DNA of 64,000 nucleotides from a virus: IMG/VR virus record IMGVR_UViG_2852409570_000001, positions 1,529 to 65,528 of that record; one strand, 5' to 3'. Shown piece by piece: positions 59,109 to 64,000 of this stretch (position 1 is its first letter; each line of letters starts with the position of its first letter). The notes under the pieces were generated by a model. It saw only the letters and a program-made list of their open reading frames with translations, ran no database searches and was not told where the DNA came from. The position numbers and the translations under genes were made by a program.

Positions 59109-61625
59109 GTGTATATAATGAGTAACAAATTAATTGAAGGTAACGATTTATTAAGATTTGTGGAGAAAGCATCAATTCATATAAATGAAATATCTGCAGC
59201 TACAGAAAAAAAGGAAAAAGGACAATATTTTACATCTAGTTCAATTGCTGAATTTATGGCGGAGAGAATTAATATAACAAAAGACACGATTAAGATCCTA
59301 GATCCAGGTAGTGGCACAGGAATGCTGACTGCTGCATTTGTCGCAAGAATTATTAAAGAAGGAAGAAAAAATGTTCATTTAGAAATAGATTTATTTGAAA
59401 ATGATGGAAAAGTGCTTCCTTTTTTATATGACACGATGGAACTATGTAAAAATTTAATGGAGAAACAGGGTAATAAATTAAGTTATAAGATACATGAAGA
59501 AGATTTTATATTAGTCCATAGCCGTCTGTTTGAATCCTCTCTTTTTGATGAAGAAAAACTTAATAAAAAATATGACTTAGTGATTAGTAATCCCCCTTAT
59601 TACAAATTAAATAAAAATCATATCTATTCACAAATACTACAGGAATATGTACACGGACAACCAAATATTTACTTTATGTTTATGGCCATTGCTGAAAAAT
59701 TATTAGTTGATGAAGGACAATTGGTTTTTATTACTCCTAGAAGTTATTGTTCTGGTGCATATTTTGAAAGGTTTAGGGAACTTTTTTTTAAGAGTATAGA
59801 TCCAGATCATTTTCATTTATTTGAATCAAGAAAAGGAAATTTCAAGAGTGAAAATGTTTTACAAGAGACTATTATATTAAGTGGATTCAAAAGAAAATAT
59901 AAGCTTCCACATATTAATATTAGTTCATCTTTAAGCCTAAATATTCAAGAGAGTTATAGTGAAGAAACATTTAGTAAATCACTCATTATAGATTCTACAG
60001 ATCAAATTAATTTGATTAGATTACCTATAAATAAAGAACAGTCCAAAGTACTAGAAATGTTTGATAATTGGAGTAATAACTTAACATTAATGCATATGAA
60101 TATTTCCACTGGCCCTGTAGTGGCTTTTAGGCATAAAGAATATATTAAAGATTATGATGACAAGGATTCCTATCCATTATTATATATGAAAAATTTAAAG
60201 CAACTGGAGGTTACATTCCCTTTAGAACAAAACAATCAGGGAATTATTTTTGAAGCTATTGAAAAAAAACTTGTTGTTCCAGCCAATAATTATGTACTAC
60301 TTAAACGTTTTACCTCAAAAGAACAGAAAAAGAGGGTTGATTGCGGAACATATTTAACAAAAAAATATCCGTTTCAAATGTTAGGTTTGGAAAACCATTT
60401 GAATTATATTTATAAAATGGACGAGAGTTTATGTGAAGAAGAAGCGTTAGGAATAGCTGCATTTTTAAATTCAGATTTAGTCGATCAATATTTTAGAATT
60501 GTTAACGGAAACACACAAGTAAATGCTTCAGACATTAGGCCTTTACCTTTTCCTGAATATGAATTTATTGTAAAATTAGGAAGAGATATTCTTGAAGAAA
60601 GAATCAGCTATTTAGATGTAGATACAATATTAGAAGAAGAATTTATAAACCAAAAAGAAAAGAATCTAAAATGCCTTGTGGAGTTGGGAGAAATGAATAA
60701 AGAAGAACAAGCAAAAGATATCTTACTGCAGTTAGGATTACCTAAAAAACAGCAGAATAAGCGTTCGGGCCTAAGTTTATTAGCTTTATTAGACATTAAA
60801 GAAGATGATGAGTGGAGCAATGCTCAAAAAAGGTTACTTCGTATTGTAGATATAATGGAGTTTATGGCTAAAAATTATAATCAAGTCTATGCTCCCAATA
60901 GTAGAGAGACAATACGAAGGCAAACAGTTCATCAATTTGAACAAGCAAATTTAATTGAGAGAAACCCAGATGACCCTTCTAGACCTACTAATAGTGGCAA
61001 CACCGTTTACGCTGTAACTGATGAATTTTTATCTGTAGTTAGGACCTATGGGACAAATCAATGGCTAGAGAAAGTTACAGAATTTAAACAACAATTTTCA
61101 ACATTATCTCAAAAGTATGAACAAAAAAGAAACAAAACTCGTATTCCAGTAAAAATTAATGAAGAAGAGTCTTTAAGCTTATCTGCTGGAGAACATAATA
61201 TTTTACAAAAACAAATCGTAGAAGACTTTGGTGCTATTTTTGCACCGGGTTCAAAGCTTTTATATTTAGGTGATACTGAAAATAAATACTTGTATATTAA
61301 AGCAGAGGAACTAGAGGCACTAAATGTTCCGCCTTTTAGTCATGATAAATTACCAGATGTGGTTCTCTATGACAAAGAAAAAAATTGGTTGTTTTTAATT
61401 GAGGCGGTTACTTCACATGGTCCCGTTTCACCTAAACGTTTATACGAATTAGAAAAGGTGTTAGAGAATTGTTCAGCAGGTCCTATATATGTAACTGCCT
61501 TTCCAAATATATCAGTTTTCAAAAAATATGCAGATGATATTGCTTGGGACACAGAAGTATGGTTTGCCGATACACCAGAACATATGATGCATTTTAATGG
61601 GGATCGTTTCTTAGGACCAAGATAA
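59109..61625 (+). CDS. Fused N6-adenine methyltransferase and BsuBI/PstI-family restriction endonuclease
   Basis: GQYFT, DPGSGTG, NPPY; C-terminal SRETIRRQT.HQF and HDKLPDVV...LIEAVTSHGP. Confidence 0.88.
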   Translation: MYIMSNKLIEGNDLLRFVEKASIHINEISAATEKKEKGQYFTSSSIAEFMAERINITKDTIKILDPGSGTGMLTAAFVARIIKEGRKNVHLEIDLFENDGKVLPFLYDTMELCKNLMEKQGNKLSYKIHEEDFILVHSRLFESSLFDEEKLNKKYDLVISNPPYYKLNKNHIYSQILQEYVHGQPNIYFMFMAIAEKLLVDEGQLVFITPRSYCSGAYFERFRELFFKSIDPDHFHLFESRKGNFKSENVLQETIILSGFKRKYKLPHINISSSLSLNIQESYSEETFSKSLIIDSTDQINLIRLPINKEQSKVLEMFDNWSNNLTLMHMNISTGPVVAFRHKEYIKDYDDKDSYPLLYMKNLKQLEVTFPLEQNNQGIIFEAIEKKLVVPANNYVLLKRFTSKEQKKRVDCGTYLTKKYPFQMLGLENHLNYIYKMDESLCEEEALGIAAFLNSDLVDQYFRIVNGNTQVNASDIRPLPFPEYEFIVKLGRDILEERISYLDVDTILEEEFINQKEKNLKCLVELGEMNKEEQAKDILLQLGLPKKQQNKRSGLSLLALLDIKEDDEWSNAQKRLLRIVDIMEFMAKNYNQVYAPNSRETIRRQTVHQFEQANLIERNPDDPSRPTNSGNTVYAVTDEFLSVVRTYGTNQWLEKVTEFKQQFSTLSQKYEQKRNKTRIPVKINEEESLSLSAGEHNILQKQIVEDFGAIFAPGSKLLYLGDTENKYLYIKAEELEALNVPPFSHDKLPDVVLYDKEKNWLFLIEAVTSHGPVSPKRLYELEKVLENCSAGPIYVTAFPNISVFKKYADDIAWDTEVWFADTPEHMMHFNGDRFLGPR

Positions 61626-61659
61626 ATATTTATAAGTAAGCCTTAAGGGGAGTAGAGAA

Positions 61660-62778
61660 ATGGTATTACAATCAGAAATCGATAAGAAATCAAAAGAAAT
61701 TCAAACAGATAGTTATTCAATGTCAATTGGTGAGTTAATGAATATGTATAAAGATGAAGAGATACAGATTACACCAGATTTTCAACGCTATTTTCGTTGG
61801 TCAGATTCTCAAAAAGCAAGATTTATTGAATCAATATTATTAGGTATACCCATCCCACCAATTTTTGTTGCTCAAAGTAAGGGAGGGGTTTGGGATGTCA
61901 TTGATGGACTTCAAAGGCTTTCAACAATATTTGAATTTACAGGTATTTTAAAAGATAAAGAGAAAAAACCAGTCCCTCCTAGTGTTTTGCACGCAACTAA
62001 ATTCTTACCCTCATTAGGCGGTAAAATGTGGAACAATACAGAAGATGATAATAATTCATTTACTGACGAACAGAGAATTGATTTTAAAAGATCTAAAATG
62101 GATATAAATATAATAAAAAGAAGCAGTGATGCAGATGCTAAGTATGAACTATTCCAAAGATTAAATACGGGAGGCACCGCACTCACAGAGCAAGAAATTA
62201 GAAATTGTCTAATGATAATGTTAGATAAGGACTTTTATAATTGGATTAATGAATTAAAAGATTTACCAGCTTTCCAAGTTTGTTTACCTTTAACTGAAAA
62301 ACAGTTATCAGAACAAGAGGAAATGGAATATATTATTAGATTTTTAGTTTATAGATATACAGATACAACAAAAATTAAAGGTGACGAAGATATAAGAGAT
62401 TTTATAACAGATAATATGTTGAAAATTATAGCGGATGAGAGCTATGATCGAGAAAAAGAAAATGAAATCTTTGTCCAAACCTTTAAGGTTTTACAAGAAA
62501 TACTAGGAGAAGATAGTTTTAAAAAGTTTAATGCTGCAAAAGATAAATTTTATGGAGCATTATCAATTACAGCATTTGAAGTTATTATTACAGGATTAAG
62601 TGAAAATATAGATAAAATATCTAAATATTCAACAGACCAAAAAGACACACTTAAAGATATCATAAAAAATATTTATGCTATGGATGATTATTCAGAAGCT
62701 GTAAGATCGGGGACAAGACCTATAAATCGTTTCAAAAAACTTTCTAAGCTAAGTAAGGACGTTTTTGGGGATGAGTAA
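61660..62778 (+). CDS. DUF262 (ParB/Srx-like) protein
   Basis: PDFQRYFRWS, ESILLGIPIP, VIDGLQRLST, LFQRLNTGG..L..QEIRN. Confidence 0.9.
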   Translation: MVLQSEIDKKSKEIQTDSYSMSIGELMNMYKDEEIQITPDFQRYFRWSDSQKARFIESILLGIPIPPIFVAQSKGGVWDVIDGLQRLSTIFEFTGILKDKEKKPVPPSVLHATKFLPSLGGKMWNNTEDDNNSFTDEQRIDFKRSKMDINIIKRSSDADAKYELFQRLNTGGTALTEQEIRNCLMIMLDKDFYNWINELKDLPAFQVCLPLTEKQLSEQEEMEYIIRFLVYRYTDTTKIKGDEDIRDFITDNMLKIIADESYDREKENEIFVQTFKVLQEILGEDSFKKFNAAKDKFYGALSITAFEVIITGLSENIDKISKYSTDQKDTLKDIIKNIYAMDDYSEAVRSGTRPINRFKKLSKLSKDVFGDE

Positions 62779-63451
62779 TCAGTATTCACTCGAAGAACTT
62801 CAGGAGAATTTAGATAAACAATTAGCTTGGAGAAAAAAAGAGTTGTCTCTTATTGCTGGGAATATTAATAGTTCAAAGGAAGAGATTCTTAATACTTTAA
62901 TCAGGGCTGGAATTCCTTTACTCTATGCACATTGGGAAGGATACATAAAAATTGCCGCTCGAGAATATTTGAGCTATCTTAATGCTCAAAATTGTAAAGT
63001 ATCGGAACTTCAGGACAACTTTTTGGTTTTACACTTAAAAAAGACAATTATTGATGTTAAGCAATCTAATAAAGCAACAAAATTTGCAACTTTGTTAGAT
63101 AAAATAAATAATCAAGATAACGAGTGTTTTAAAGTTAAGCAAATGGACTCCGATATTATATCAACTGAGAGTAACTTGAAATTCAATGTACTTAAAGAAA
63201 TATTATTTAGTTTAGGGCTCGAAGTAAAAAAGTTCGAATTAAAAAGGCATTTTATTGATCGAAAGCTTTTAAAAACAAGAAATGCGATAGCTCATGGAGA
63301 ATATAAAGATTTAGTTGATAAAGGTAATGATGATCAGGCAAAGCATGATTTTGAAGAATTATACCATATTATTTTAGAGCTTATGGATGAGTTCAAAGAA
63401 CAAATAATTGATGCTGGATTGAAAAAAAGTTATTTGAAGATTAGCTCATAG
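62771..63451 (+). CDS. MAE_28990/MAE_18760-like HEPN nuclease
   Basis: LAWRKKEL, LYAHWEGYIK, RNAIAHG (Rx4H); overlaps the DUF262 stop. Confidence 0.8.
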   Translation: MSNQYSLEELQENLDKQLAWRKKELSLIAGNINSSKEEILNTLIRAGIPLLYAHWEGYIKIAAREYLSYLNAQNCKVSELQDNFLVLHLKKTIIDVKQSNKATKFATLLDKINNQDNECFKVKQMDSDIISTESNLKFNVLKEILFSLGLEVKKFELKRHFIDRKLLKTRNAIAHGEYKDLVDKGNDDQAKHDFEELYHIILELMDEFKEQIIDAGLKKSYLKISS

Positions 63452-63650
63452 CTCCATCTCACCATGAGTATAGCTCAACTAATCAAACCAGTATAATCAG
63501 TCATCATCTACTATTTTTTTGGATATATAAAAACATTAGGGATGAAAAGTTTAGATATGTTTCATGGAAAGTAATTCTAAAAATGATAAAAGGAAGATTA
63601 CTTCAATAAGGATATCCCTTCTATTTTCTTCACAACCATTATACAGATTC

Positions 63651-63712
63651 GGATGGGAATCCAAATTAAAGCGGTTCAAGTCGGAGGAAGGCACCTTTAG
63701 GTGTCTTTTTTT
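63651..63712 (+). repeat. Cassette repeat copy
   Basis: GGATGGGAATCCAAATTAAAGCGGTTCAAGTCGGAGGAAGGCACCTTTAGGTGTCTTTTTTT. Confidence 0.92.
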
Positions 63713-63891
63713 CATTCGACAAGATTAAAAATACATTGATAAACTGTTATCACTAATTAGAGAGCATTAAAGAGATAAAATATAGTGCGCTATATATCTG
63801 AGGTATTGTAAATTTATGCTATCATAATTTTAGGTTTAATAACTTTTATTTTATTCATACTTAAATTTTAAACTGTCTTGGAGGCATACAT

Positions 63892-64000
63892 ATGTATATT
63901 AATAGTATTGAAATAAGTAATTTTAGGTCTATTGGAAGTAATCCACCGTTAAAGCTGGATATTAGTGATATTACCGTCCTGTCAGGAATTAACGATACAG
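63892..64000 (+). CDS. 5' fragment of an ABC/OLD-type ATPase (truncated by window end)
   Basis: MYINSIEISNFRSIG...ITVLSGINDT(G) running into a Walker A; GGAGG RBS. Confidence 0.7.
   Translation, partial: MYINSIEISNFRSIGSNPPLKLDISDITVLSGINDT

Overview
AT-rich, Bacillus cereus-group-like extrachromosomal DNA, most likely a phage-plasmid (plasmid prophage). About 16.4-57.8 kb, mostly on the - strand, is an apparently complete siphophage. It carries an arbitrium aimR-aimP switch with CI/Cro, DnaD/DnaC-like replication, Sak, RecU and ArpU. Its structural genes include a PBSX-type terminase, SPP1-type portal and head, a tail with a -1 frameshifted chaperone, holin, amidase, and the FtsK/Replic_Relax module. 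No integrase is visible. The plasmid part has a ParA operon with centromere-like repeats, a serine resolvase and a ~1 kb ORF-free structured locus, but no recognisable plasmid Rep gene. Both window ends (0.7-8.7 kb and 58.4-63.7 kb) are arrays of unrelated cargo genes (secreted/surface proteins, defence genes) separated by co-oriented copies of one 45-90 bp repeat, which suggests a cassette system. The strongest unexplained signals are: (1) this repeat-delimited cassette array; (2) the large structured non-coding locus next to a degenerate LAGLIDADG-like gene; (3) a tandem array of ~150 bp promoter-hairpin-terminator units (putative sRNA cassettes) at 48.5-49.8 kb; (4) a ~850 nt structured late-operon leader. 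All family assignments come from motif recognition by eye; no database searches were run.
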